64,000 bases of DNA from Carcharhinus amblyrhynchos (GCA_965287045.1 CBDIYR020000003.1:7998001-8062000); one strand, 5' to 3'; positions 1 to 12,482 are shown, counted from the stretch's first letter. Notes: a model not told the origin generated them from the sequence alone. Translations and numbers: made by a program.

Positions 1-278
1 AGGCTGCCTGACATGCTGATTATTTCCAGGGTTTATTCTCTTTATTTCAGATACAATCTGGTCAGAGTTTTGTTTCTGTTTTATTGTTCTAAGATTAGAG
101 ACACAGGCTGACTAGTTAGGAGCAGGTTTGAATCGGGCTGCATGTTTGATGCAGAATTCGGTCCCTGGCCTCCTGTGTGGGTCTTTTTTATTGTTGCTTC
201 AGTCTGAATTATATTTATAACCTGTCTCTGAGCTCTCTCTCAATCCCCTTTTTTCCCTGTTTCAACTCAATTTCACAG

Positions 279-938
<660 letters not shown>

Positions 939-1518
939 GCAGCTAATATGAAGAAGTCGTGCTGTCAGTAGTTCAGTGGGAATAGGATTGAGGGATCAGG
1001 TTGTGAGTCTCATGGATAAGATGAGCTCAAGAGGATATGAGGGGAGGCAAGAGAGAAACTGGAGAAAGAGATGAGTTCAGACAAAGGGGAGAGTTAAAGG
1101 GGGTTTGTTCCAGTGGGTTAGAGGAAGGGAGGGAAGCAGCAGATTCTCTCAATCGTAGTGACAAAGGTCATGAATTTCTCCTCCATGAGCATTTATGGGG
1201 AGGAGAAGGTGGTGGAGAGACAAAGGGAGACCACTTCAAAAGGAATTCAGTTGTGTTGATGATATTAAAAAGATTCACATTACTGACTCTTTCAGCGAAT
1301 ATCGTTATGTGGTTCCTGTATGCCTGACTGCTGTTTGTCTTTCTCTCTTCCTCACTCGGTCCTTCATTCTTAGTTTTTATTTCTCACACTCCCGTTTTGA
1401 CCCCCCCCTATCAAACGCATTGAATTCGGTCTCAACTCACGTTGATATGCAATGGTGTTAATTATCCCCGAATATTATCATCTTCTGGATTGGCATTGAA
1501 CACAAACAGAGCTGGATT

Positions 1519-1635
1519 ATTGTGTGTGTTGTATTGTGTGCGCGCGCACGTGCGAGCGCATGTGTGTAGTGTTGTGTGTGCATCTGTTTGTGTGTGTTGT
1601 GTTGTGTGTGTTTGTGTGTGTTGTGTATGTGTAGT
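1519..1635. repeat. Imperfect (TG)n microsatellite running into an assembly gap
   Basis: Visible TG repeat. Confidence 0.95.
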
Positions 1636-1858
1636 NNNNNNNNNNNNNNNNNNNNNNNNNNNNNNNNNNNNNNNNNNNNNNNNNNNNNNNNNNNNNNNNN
1701 NNNNNNNNNNNNNNNNNNNNNNNNNNNNNNNNNNNNNNNNNNNNNNNNNNNNNNNNNNNNNNNNNNNNNNNNNNNNNNNNNNNNNNNNNNNNNNNNNNNN
1801 NNNNNNNNNNNNNNNNNNNNNNNNNNNNNNNNNNNNNNNNNNNNNNNNNNNNNNNNNN
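1636..1858. other. Assembly gap (N run)
   Basis: 223 consecutive N. Confidence 1.
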
Positions 1859-2173
1859 TTTCACTTTCTATTCTTTCTGCGTATGGGTTTTCTCCAGTTC
1901 TGCCTCTCGATTTTCACTCTGTTGTTCTCTCAGCTGGATGGAATTCGGTGCTCAACGGCTTGCTCTCCTGAAAGAGTCTGAGCAGCTGGAGAAAGCCTAA
2001 CCGAAGAGATACTGAAGCAGATACAGACACTTTAACCGTTGGATGTGTTTAATAGAATGTACATCACATTGCTCGGCGGTTGCAAAATATCACAACTTGT
2101 GTGGAGTCAGAACCTCATATTAGAACGAAGGAGCACTTTTTGTACGGGTCTCTACTGACCTAGTAATGCTGTG

Positions 2174-2526
2174 TGTCCCAATACACAGTGATACACCGCA
2201 CTGTCAGAGAACTGCGCATAGCGAATGGTTAAAGGAACAGTTCTTGCTGTGTTATCTAAAGTAGCATAAAGCAGCCGCTTCCCAAAGGCAGTCACATTGT
2301 TTCCAGTACTCGTTTTTTCCAATAGATATTGAGGATGTTGCTCTGGGTGCTGAATATACCAGAAGAAAACAGGAGAAGGATGTGATGTCGAATAATTGCA
2401 GTTTAGCTTCACACTCTCTCCGTAACTCACTCTGATACTCGGTGGATCCTGAAACACTGCCTCCGTTTCCTCACTGGCCTGAATAAGAAGGATGAATATC
2501 GATGTCAAACAGAGAAAATGCTGCAT
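2174..2526 (-). CDS. TRAV: TCR alpha/delta-type V segment (V1); leader apparently contiguous with V exon (no intron)
   Basis: One frame from ATG 2526: MQHFLCLTSIFILLIQ-ASEETEAVFQDPPS..VKLNC..FFWYIQ..DSAVYHCVLG. RSS CACAGCA (2173-2167), 23 nt, ACAAAAAGT (2143-2135). TTTATAAA at 2581-2588. Confidence 0.85.
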
Positions 2527-3139
2527 GATATCAGAATACAGAACACAGCAGCAATACAGGTTCAGACCCTGAGTAATAGGTTTATAAATCCTGCACCACC
2601 CACCCTCCAACTCAACAGTGGGACTAAATGAACCAAAACCTGAAATGTGAACTTGAATGTATATCTGTGCGACCGATGAGCGGAAATGGCAACTTAGATG
2701 ACAGAATGACAGGTTTTCTGACAGATGTCACTTTCCATCAGCCCTCCAATCAAAACCACTAAAATCAGTGACTTGATCATCACTTTGTTCTTTGTGGAGT
2801 TTGATGCGGGCCAATTAACTTCCCCGTCTCCTGTATTAAGTCAGTGATGAAAACTCAAAGATTCCTTTGGCTGTAAAGCTCTTCGTGAAGTCCTGATGTC
2901 ATGAACGGCGGTATATAAATGGAAGTCTTTCTTTATTACCCTTGAGAGACAGAGTGCGAATCCGAATCAGAAGATGGAATGGAAACGTTTACACTGAGTA
3001 CAGTTTTAACCATAACATCAAACTCAATATCAGGAGTTTCTTTCTCAGTATCTTTCTGACTCTGTATTTCTTGGTGTCACCCTACAGCTCTTCACCTCGC
3101 CAACCCTATCTCTGAACTTATGGTGTCCCTCACCATGTC

Positions 3140-3670
3140 CCTATACCGGGAAGGCAGATAGTGGGAGAAATATGCAGACAAATTATGCAATGAGAGTAAT
3201 GGAGATTTTTATTGTCTCGTATTCATTCCATGCAAGACGTCGGTAAAGGCTGCAACCGAATAGCTTCCTACGATTAATTTCAGATGCTGATATAATCCAA
3301 AATGTTGGAAAAAATACCAACATGGGAAGATTTGCTATTGTATCTTGTAATCTGGAAGAAAGCAGATGAGATTAGAGAAATAACTGGAGGGGAATATTCG
3401 GCAACACAGATCATACTTACTCATTAAGAGGTTCGAGATGAATAAATGCTAGACGGAAAACAACTAGCGACTTGATTCAGTGACATGTGTACTGAATGGT
3501 AGCAGTGAACCAGAATGTTTGAGTGATTCAGATAGATGACAGAAAATTCAATAAAGAATAAATAAATGTTTGAGCTACATTGCTGGGAGTAAGTTTACCA
3601 GTGCTGCTCCAATTATGTTTGCACAAGGCATATGGAGGTTAGCGAATGCAGTTGATGAAAAGATCAACAA
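3140..3670 (+). mobile_element. Highly decayed CR1-like LINE fragment
   Basis: Remnant translation resembling a CR1 endonuclease (YR...GREICRQI..RVM.DF); many stops. Confidence 0.4.
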
Positions 3671-3679
3671 TTGTCTTAG

Positions 3680-3995
3680 AATCCGTACAGTGCAGAAGGA
3701 GGCAATCAGACCCTCCGACTCTGCAGTGACTCTCTGGGAGAGTATATTTCCCAGGTCCGCTCCCCTCCTCACTATCACCCCAAAGATTTATCCTGGTTAT
3801 TTATTCTAACCCACAAATTTCTGAGCAAGTTGGCATGCTCAATGCACCTAACCTGCGCATCATTGGACAGTCGGAGGAAAGGGTACACCCCACCCAGACA
3901 CGGAGAGCATCTGCAAACTCCACGTAGCCTGGAACTGAACCCGGATACCTGGAATTATGAGGCAGCAGTGCTAATCACTGTGACACCACTATACC
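3680..3995 (-). mobile_element. Shark tRNA-derived SINE (HE1-like)
   Basis: Reverse complement of the SINE head (gaggcagcagtgctaatcactgtg) and CR1-type tail (acagtgcagaaggagg) seen in other copies in the window. Confidence 0.75.
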
Positions 3996-4902
3996 ACTTA
4001 ATGACAGCCAAGCACGCACGATGGGTTGAAGGGCCCATCGCATGATCTGCAAACATTATGGATTTACAGAATTTCCTTGGTGGTTTACACATTTTCCTGT
4101 GCGATGTGAGCAATGAAGATAAGATGGTACTGCTCCACTGGATGACTGTCAATGAAACGCGAAATGCAGCCATGATCTGCTCCGCTACTTTTGCTTTCAC
4201 GGTATTTGCCCGGGTACAGGCAGCAGTGGAATCAATTGCTTCAGCAATTGCTGATGGCAGGAAGTGGGCCTGATCTACAAGGAAGGATCGCTGCTTAAAT
4301 CTGGTGAACATGATCCATTTCCAACCAATCCAAGTGCGCAGAACACACGTGACCTTAAATGTATGTTGTTAAATCTAGCTTTTTTTTTATTTGCACCGCC
4401 TTTCTCATTATCTCTAGTAATGACCGTTTCATTAAATGAGACAAATAGGCAGGGCACATTGATTGTCGGGTAGCAATGAGAAAACTCCGCAATGTTGGTC
4501 GCGGCACCTGCTGGTTGTTTCGGGTAACTGTTTGTCGAGTTTGTCAAACTCTCGTGAGCCCTTGAAATATTTGAATTAATTTCCAGTCATTTTACAGCGA
4601 TAAGGATGTTTACAAAAAGGAGAGGTTGGTATATCAGAGAGACAGAGGCAATGAGACAGGGTTATGTAGAAAGTCACATGAGACACAAAACTAAACAGAA
4701 AACGCGATTCTTTACAGCTCTCATTTATTGGCGGGGAACATCCATCAGTTCCGGCAGAGTAGCCAACCCTGTCCCTGGGAAATGCCCCCCCAGTTTCTTA
4801 AAAATTAAACCAGATTTCACTGGGGTTACCCTTTACACTAGTTTGGAATCATGGGCAGAATTAGAGCATTCTGTTACTTTCTATCAAGATGTTACCAACT
4901 GT

Positions 4903-5414
4903 TGTCCATGCTCCTTACTGATAATAATTACCCTGCTGCCCGGCGAGTCCAGTATTACATGGTAACCATGTCAACCAATGGTTATTTTTAAACCCTGACT
5001 TTTGAGCCAATGTGTATTGGTGTGACAGAAATGAGCCGTGAAAATTCAGCGTTCCTGCTCATTTCCAATTAACAATTCGGGAAGGACAGTGTGAACTGGT
5101 TACTTGTTAACTGTTAACTTGTTAACTTGTTAACCTGTTAACCTGTTAACTTACACTGTTACTTGTTAACCTGCACTGCCCCATCTCTACTCTGGTACAT
5201 GCAGTATTCGGGGGAAACTCCGAAACATTTGCTGAATAAATATAGATTAGGATGTTAAGAAAGATCCCCAAAGTTAGCAGAGAGGTCCTCTGCAGATTTG
5301 CGGAAGGGTAAAAAAGCATCCTTTAAATATCGCCAGGGGCCTTCTGTCGATTGCTGCCGTGCACTTCTGTGCGATGGAACACACACTGCTGCGGAGCTGG
5401 AGCAGAAAAAAACC
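4903..5414 (+). pseudogene. TCR V pseudogene (psi-V2; V16 family)
   Basis: Decayed leader (..CPCSLLIIITLLP, no ATG, donor GT>GC at ~4943). Remnant WYMQYSGETPKHLLNKY..*..LLSIAAVHFCAMEH. Heptamer CACACTG 5382-5388 with shortened spacer. FR1 disrupted by a GTTAAC tandem repeat. Confidence 0.85.
5099..5172. repeat. Short tandem repeat of (T/C)TGTTAAC units
   Basis: About 8 imperfect 7-8 nt units with a palindromic GTTAAC core. Confidence 0.9.
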
Positions 5415-5633
5415 TGGTTTTGCAGTTTGTTTTCTCAGCTTCTCCTGGAAACAATTGGGTGACAGTTGATCCGAGGTGAATATGGTTTCCTGTCGGTTTG
5501 TGTTTGAGCGGCTGACAGCGCCGCTGCTCATTGTGGCTGCATCTGCCAGAGGTTCTGTACAGCAGCCAGGAGCTCTAACTTATCTTGTTGAGACAGTTTT
5601 TGTACAGGAGTCAGACTGCTTTCCATCACTGTG

Positions 5634-6091
5634 AGGCTGAAAGCGCAGTAATACATGGCCGCGTCAGACAACTGCAGATCCCAGATAGTCAAACTGATGG
5701 ATTTCTTCCAGGTTTGGAGATTAGCCGAGAAACGGTTTTTAGCAAAATCTGCTTTATATTCACCACCCCCCGAGTACTTCCTCAGAATGTATTCGGGCTG
5801 GGAGTCTGGATGCTGTCGATACCAGAATAAATTATAGACAGTTTCTGCAGTTTCATAGTTGCAGTTTAATGTCACCGCGTCTCCTTCTGTCTTAACATCT
5901 GAGGGCAGCGGCTGAGTGACAGAATCTCCATGGGTCAGATCTGGAAAATATGTTCAAATAGATGAAGAATAGAGTGACGTGTTCTCAATAGTGAGATTCA
6001 ACCAAGTCCTAGAAATAAGAAAACAAAGGTCATGTCCAGAAATACCTGTTAGAAATGCTCCCCATACAATCCAGATGATGAGTACCCGCAT
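5634..6091 (-). CDS. TRAV: TCR alpha/delta V segment (V3)
   Basis: Leader 6091-6046 (MRVLIIWIVWGAFLT, phase-1 GT). V exon 5940-5634 (DLTHGDSVTQ..LNC..LFWYRQHP..DAAMYYCAFSL). RSS CACAGTG 5633-5627 / 23 / ACAAAAACT 5603-5595. Confidence 0.95.
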
Positions 6092-7667
6092 TGTCTCTGT
6101 CCGCTCTGTAAAGGGGGAATCGGGTATTTGAAGACACCCATTCTAATCCCCACCCTTAATAATCTGATGACGTGTCTCAGGATGTTCATGCGTCAGTTCC
6201 GTGTCTCGGAACAGTGGCACCGTGTGATTGGTAATTGCTCAGATGACTGTCAGTGAATGGAAGCTCTCCAACTTCTACTCTATTCGGTGTCCCTGTTGGG
6301 AGAATTGTTCCGCTTTGGAAATGGGATGTCAAGAAAAAAACCCCTTCATTTTGTCATTGGAACGGCGGAGTAAGGAGTTTTGATGGATTTGGTGGATTTT
6401 CAATCAATGTTCTATGCACGTTCTCTTAGCTTTAGCATTCAAGCACTAGTGCCTGACCCGCAGTGAGAGTCTAGACAACGGTGGAGGCTGTGGGTCACAG
6501 AATAATTTTAAAGCTGAGTTTAACAAACATTTTAACTAAAATTTATGTCACGGTTCATGAGGATCGAGGCAGAAAAGTAGATTTGAAAGGAAGATCAGTT
6601 AAACTGCAATCTGACTGAATGGTAGACCAGATTTGCAGGAGCTTAATTTTTATGTTCGAATGTTCAGATATCGGTGGATGGAATGTGACATACTTTGCAA
6701 TCTTCGTTTCTTTACTAAAGGAAGAGGGAAATCGATCAGTGAACTCTAGTTGCCTGCTTATTATTCCTGAGATAATGTAAAACGTGTACTATGGATGCTG
6801 TACTGAAAGCTGACCATGACTGAAATCAGTAGGGTTAGGATATCAAATTGTTATGATGCAGCTAATTATGACATCGCCTTTTCTTCAAAGGTCCACTCAG
6901 GGACAACAAGATGCACTTTGTAGTTGTGGCCCCCTGTCATATAATATACTGAGAAGAGTCAACTTCAAGAACTTCCACTCTTTCTTCTTAATCATTATCA
7001 ACATGGGGTCACTGGAAAAGTAGTTCATGGACCCAGGATGATGCTTTGAGAAAAGCAGTTCAATCCCATCATATAAAGTGGTTAGATTTAAATTCAATTT
7101 TGGAGAAAAGTATTCAAAATTCTACTCCTGCAGCTTGTTAAATTTAAATGTGATGAATTGATATGAAAAGCTAGTCGCACTGATGGTGCTCGAAATCTGT
7201 CACTGCAAATCCACCTTATTCACTAATCCACTTTGTGGAAGGAAATCTGCCTTCGTAGCCTGGCCTGGCCTGCATGTGACAAGAATATAACTAACTCTCA
7301 AATAGCCCAGCCCGTTTCGAGGATAATTAGTGATCGGCAAAATCTTGGTCTTGTGACAGACGCCCAGTTAATATATTTTTTAAGAAGTGTCGTCATCATT
7401 TGACTAATAGTAATCCTAAATTACAGCAGTCAGGAGAACAGCATATTCTTTACTTTTAATTGGGAGGGAAACGCAAAGTGAAAAAGTGATATATTGACCA
7501 GAAGAGGTCCGCTGTCCTTTTGCTTCCTTCTCCCGAATCTGTAACGCTGCAGTTCAGGAAATATTCTCCCGCAGTGGAGATACAGATTCAGACCCCACAA
7601 CGCCGTAGCTCCGCCCGCATTCCTGATGCAACCAGTGCCAAACAAGCAAATCGACAGAACTGTCTTC

Positions 7668-7975
7668 ATAGAATCATAGAGTCCCTGTAGTGCAGAAGGA
7701 GGCCATTCGGCCCATTAAACCTGCAGCGACAACAGTCCTACGAAGACCCTCTCCTCATAACCCCATGTGTTTACTCTCCTAATCACCCTAACACTAAGGG
7801 ACAATTTCGCATGACTAATCCACCTAATCTGCACATTTCTGGACTGTGGGAGGAAACGAGAGAAAACGCACGGGTATAACGTGAAAGCTCCACACAGACG
7901 ATTATCCAGGGCCGAAATTGAACCTGGTCCCCCTTTGTTATGAGGCAGGAGTGCTAACTACTGTTTCACCTTTCC
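7668..7975 (-). mobile_element. HE1-like SINE
   Basis: catagaatcatagagtccctgtagtgcagaaggaggccattcggccc tail and tRNA-like head in reverse orientation. Confidence 0.8.
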
Positions 7976-9178
7976 GTTCATTTGGTAATGCAGGGCACAT
8001 GGGGTGAACCAGAGAGAGGGGGGGGGGGGGTGGGGAGCAGAAAAATTGGACTGCGGATGTTACTGCCAACAGCAACGCTATGTGAATGGAACCATAGGTT
8101 GCGTCACCATCATTTCAAGTTGGGAGAAATATATAACAACTGCGCCCTCTGACGGTGACTCAGGGTGCGTGATACTGTCCGCAAGTGAAAGGTTGTCTAT
8201 GGGCAGTCCCCAGCCGTCTTTTATTGAGAGACGTGTTTTCAAATAATTCAACTATATAAATAGACGCTAGGGAAATGTGAGTAATTTGAAAGAAAAATGC
8301 ATTCTGGATCATTTCTGAATCTCTTCCTTTCTGTCCTTCCCGCATCATTTGGCTTTGTATTTAGCACTCGTAATGTCTCATTTTCCTTCAATTCTCCTTC
8401 CATACTTTTCTAATCTGTTGTCCTGTGCCCGTAATCCTAAACAGAAAATGAATTCCAGAATTTTGACGCAAGGGAGCGGCGATATTGTTCAAAATGAGGA
8501 TGGTGTGCGGATTGAAGGGGTGCCCGCAAAGTATGGTGTTCTCATGCAGCTGTTCCTCTTATCCCTTGTAGCTGGAAGAAATTCGCAAGGTGCTGTCGAA
8601 CCAGGCTTGACGGATTGATATATTCCGCTTCAAGTGCGTACAATAACTTCTAATGGAAAATTGCTGGTTAATAAATAAGGAACTGTGGCCGCCGTTATTT
8701 TTAATCAGATTTTTTTTATTGATGAGAAACGTTATACAAACATTGTTATCCAAACTACCCATTGACATTGGAATACACTAGTTTATAGTGTCCACTTTCT
8801 AAGCCTCTTGTGACATCCACCTCCTCCTCTTCCACTTACCATGCCCTAAGAGGGATTTGGTGACTATAGACGTCCATTAGATCATTCAGTGATTGATCAT
8901 TTCAAAGTTCTCCAGTGGATTGCCATTGACTTCTGCACTATTGTTGACCAGGAATCTGCTCCGTCCCCATCACCAGCCATCAGCAATACTGAAAGCATTT
9001 ACAGGCTGATAATCAACATGTTCGACCAGGTTAAGAACGTGACCATCAAGTTTTGAAGTCTTTGTTCTGCGGAACAAAGGGACCTTGGTGGCTTTGGTCA
9101 TTGATCTCTGAAATCGTAAGGGCATGTTAGTAAGATGATGAAAAAGGCATAAGGGGCACTTGCATTTATCAATCGACG

Positions 9179-9312
9179 TAAGAAGTCTCACAACACCAGG
9201 TTAAATTCCAACAGGTTTGTTTGGTAGTACACGCCACAAGCTTTCGGAGCGCTGCCCCTTCATCAGGTTGTTGTGTTCACAAACAGGGCATATATAGACA
9301 CAAACTCAATTG
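9179..9312 (-). mobile_element. Penelope-like element terminal fragment with hammerhead ribozyme core
   Basis: Minus strand reads CTGATGA-A-GGGGC-AGC-GCTCC-GAAA-GCTT (9266-9238), followed by ccaaacaaacctgttggaatttaacctggtgttgtgagacttctt. Confidence 0.7.
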
Positions 9313-9974
9313 ACAAAATGCTGAGAGGATGTTTCCCCTCGTGGGAGAGTCTGGGGACAGGGGACATTGTCTCAGAGTAAACAAGCGGTAATTGAAAACA
9401 AAGAGGAGCAATTTTTTTTCAGAGAGTTGTGAGTCTTTCTGGACTACACGAAATTCCTTATGTAAAGAAAGATGGTAATGCGTTAAAAAAACGTCTAGAG
9501 AAGGTTTGCTATAATAGTATCCAGGTACGTGCGGGTTATCTGTATCAGCAATAAGAATATTGATGTTAGGTTTGTATCTACTGGAGTTTTGAAGAGATAT
9601 CTTCATTGAAAGTGTTTAAGCTATAAGGGAAATTAACTGTATGGATGTGGAGCGGATATTTCCTCGTGCCCATGTTGTAGCTGCACTGGATATTTCTGGA
9701 TCTTTATATTTCTCGGAGCGTATATATCTGGGCTCTTTTTTCTGCACCTGTTCCCAGTGCAGTTGTATTGTCCACAGGAGGGCGCTCTCTGATCACTTAC
9801 CGAACATCACTGTCGCCTTCTGCAGAGAGTGACTAAAAATGGGTGGGGAAATAAAGTCCAGCCAATCGCATCACGTCTTTTTTGACTCTTTCAATTTCTC
9901 ACATTCCAGGTTCAGGACAGACAGAGATCATTGTTTCCGTTTCTGGAGCTCAGACTGGAACGCTGAGAGTAAAA

Positions 9975-10440
9975 ATGTTCCTGATTCTAGTTATTGCACT
10001 GATCACGGGTCAGTGATTCTGATCACATATTGTATATTGCAAAACTTGTGGAAGTTCCCTTTCCCAACTCTGTGAACCAATTGTCTTCCTCTGATTCCTA
10101 ACGCACTGTGTCTCTGCTATTTATTTTCAGAGGTGAGTAATGGAGAGTCAGTGTCTCAGTCAGAACCAAGAGTTGAAGCAACAGAGGGTGAAAATTCAGC
10201 AATACCCTGCAGTTACTCAGTGCCGAGTTCAGCTGCACAACATGACCTGTTCTGGTATCGCCAGTATCCACACCAAACTCCTCAGTATCTGCTCAAAGCC
10301 AGTAGTTATGGGTTTAGCGATACAGCTCCCGGTTTTGGACACTTCAGCGGAAATCTCAACCAGACACAAAGCACGTTTCACTTGTCCATGAAAGATTTGA
10401 AGGTGAGAGACAGCGCAGTGTATTACTGTGCACTGAGACC
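9975..10440 (+). CDS. TRAV: TCR alpha/delta V segment (V4)
   Basis: Leader 9975-10008 (MFLILVIALIT). V exon 10131-10440 (EVSNGESVSQ..IPC..LFWYRQYP..DSAVYYCALRP). RSS CACAGTG 10441-10447 / 23 / ACAAAAAGT 10471-10479. Confidence 0.95.
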
Positions 10441-10879
10441 CACAGTGAGAGAGGCTCCCGCGGGCCTCATACAAAAAGTGACCCAAGTCGACAACCGTTG
10501 CTTCGGGATCAGAGAAAAAGAGTCAGATCTCTACGGAAATGCGCAGAAAATGAAGGTCACAATACAGTCCAGCTGAATGATATTCCCTGCTGAGCTCAGC
10601 CATTGTCAGTGTTGTGAAATGTCACATTTGCCGTCCTATTATTCCGGGATCAAATCCAACCATTCTCCCATCCCAACCGCACAAAATCTAGATTATCCCA
10701 GATGAATAATTTCCTTAATCTGTACTTAGGCACCTAATCCGGAATTTTTCTATCTGCCAGGCGGCACATTTTAAAAGTGATCTATTATCAAATGCAATCT
10801 CAGAATTGTTCCATTGTAAAGTCCTTGGAGCAGAAATAATGACTGATTGAAATCAGAGCTTTACTATTTGAGGAATGAT

Positions 10880-11350
10880 ATCCTTGTTATAGAGGGGTAC
10901 AGCGAAGGTTTACCATGCTGATTCGCGGGATGGCAGGTCTGACATATGAAGAAAGATTAAATCCATTAGGATTATATTTACTGGAGCTTCGAAGAGTGAG
11001 AGGGGATCTCATAGAAACTTATAAAATTCTAACAGGGTGGACTCAGAAGATTGTTCCCAATGGTGGGGGAGTCCGGAACTAGGGGATCATCTTTTGAAGA
11101 TAAGGGATAAAGTGAGGTGAAGGGAAATTCCTTCATCCAGAGAGTGTTAAATATATGGAATTCAATCCCACCAAATGTAGTTGAGGCCAAAATGAGGTCT
11201 GATTTCAAGAAGAAATTTGATATAGCTCTAGGGGTTAAAGGGGTCCAGGGATATAGGCGAGGGGGAAGCAGGATCAGGACATTGAATTCCAAGATCAGCC
11301 ATGATCACGATGAATGGCGGAGAAGGCTCGTGCTTCTAGTTTCTATGTTA
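10880..11350 (+). mobile_element. CR1-type LINE 3' fragment
   Basis: IEGVQRRFT.LI.GMAGLTYEERL..LGL..LE.RRVRGDLIETYKIL C-terminal ORF2 motif, then 3' UTR. Confidence 0.85.
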
Positions 11351-11477
11351 TGAGTCCATGAAATATTTCCTGGTGCAGAGTTGAGTGACTAATTATCCCC
11401 GAGATACTTACAGCATTAACTATTAATTATTTTAAGTCATAGATGTTACTCATTAAAACCTGTACATAAGGCTGCTG

Positions 11478-11758
11478 AATTCCTACAATGCAGAATGAGA
11501 CCATTAGGCTCAACGAGCCTGTTCCGACAACAATCCCACCCAGGCCCTATCCCCGTAACCCACATATTTAGCCTGCTAATCCCCTGACACTAAGGGTAAT
11601 TTTGCATGACCAATCTAGTTTAGGACAGTGGAAAGAAACTGGAGCATCTAAGGGAGAAAGCGCAAACTTCACAGAGACAGTGACCCGAGGGTGGAATCGA
11701 ACCCATGTCCCTGGGATGTGAGGGAGCAATGCTAATCACTGTGACACCGTGTCGCCCA
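11478..11758 (-). mobile_element. HE1-like SINE
   Basis: Reverse-oriented SINE body and head. Confidence 0.8.
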
Positions 11759-12009
11759 TAAATGATTAAATTAATTTCACTTTTCACCTGAATTAGTAAA
11801 AAGGATCTGCCTTAAGAAACATTGTTGGAGTGAATTCTGAGGAAAGTGAGTTAACCAGCTAACGAGACAGAATAATTGATTATGTGAGAGAGAGCAGAGA
11901 GAGAGCAAGGAATTTAGAAATACGTTTAAGGCCAGGGAAGGAATGTGATTGGAAAGAGCCAGCAATATTAAATCATTAACTAACAATGATTGGTTCACTG
12001 GTTACGGGG

Positions 12010-12315
12010 AAGCATGGCGTCACAGTGATCAGCACTGCTGTCTCACAGTGTCAGGGACCCGGGTTCAATTCCAGCTTCGGATCACGTTCTGGATGAAATA
12101 TGTTTGTTCTCCCTCTGTCTTCGTGGTTCTCCTTCGGGTGTTCCTGTTCCGTCCCACAGTCCAACGATGTGCAGGTTAGGTTGATTGGCCATAGTGTCAG
12201 GAGATACGCAGAGTAAATACACGGAATTGCGGGAATGGGGCCTGGGTGGAATTGTGGCCAGTGCAAACTCGATGGGACGAATGGCCTCCTTCTGCACTGC
12301 AGGGATTTTATGATT
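12010..12315 (+). mobile_element. HE1-like SINE directly upstream of the V5 promoter
   Basis: Head agcatggcgtcacagtgatcagcactgctg..gggttcaattcc; tail cctccttctgcactgcagggattttatga. Confidence 0.85.
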
Positions 12316-12321
12316 CGCAGC

Positions 12322-12350
12322 TGACGTCAGCTCAGGGAGTTGAGCCAATC
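12322..12350 (+). promoter_or_regulatory. V5 promoter: palindromic CRE (TGACGTCA) plus CCAAT
   Basis: TGACGTCA 12322-12329 and CCAAT ~12346, about 140-160 bp upstream of the ATG. The same pairing recurs at 13316 and 35990. Confidence 0.65.
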
Positions 12351-12482
12351 GCAGCTCTGAGAAACGCCTCCCAGTTTCCTAATAATTGAAGCTGCCTTTG
12401 ATCTGAGTTCACTCTGTGATATAAGACTAGAGGCAGCAACATATTTTAAACAGTTTCGCTGCTTACTGTCCAATCAGGAACC

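Noticed and set aside
1442-1981. ORFs spanning the N gap and TG repeat
   Set aside because: Artefacts of the microsatellite and unknown bases.
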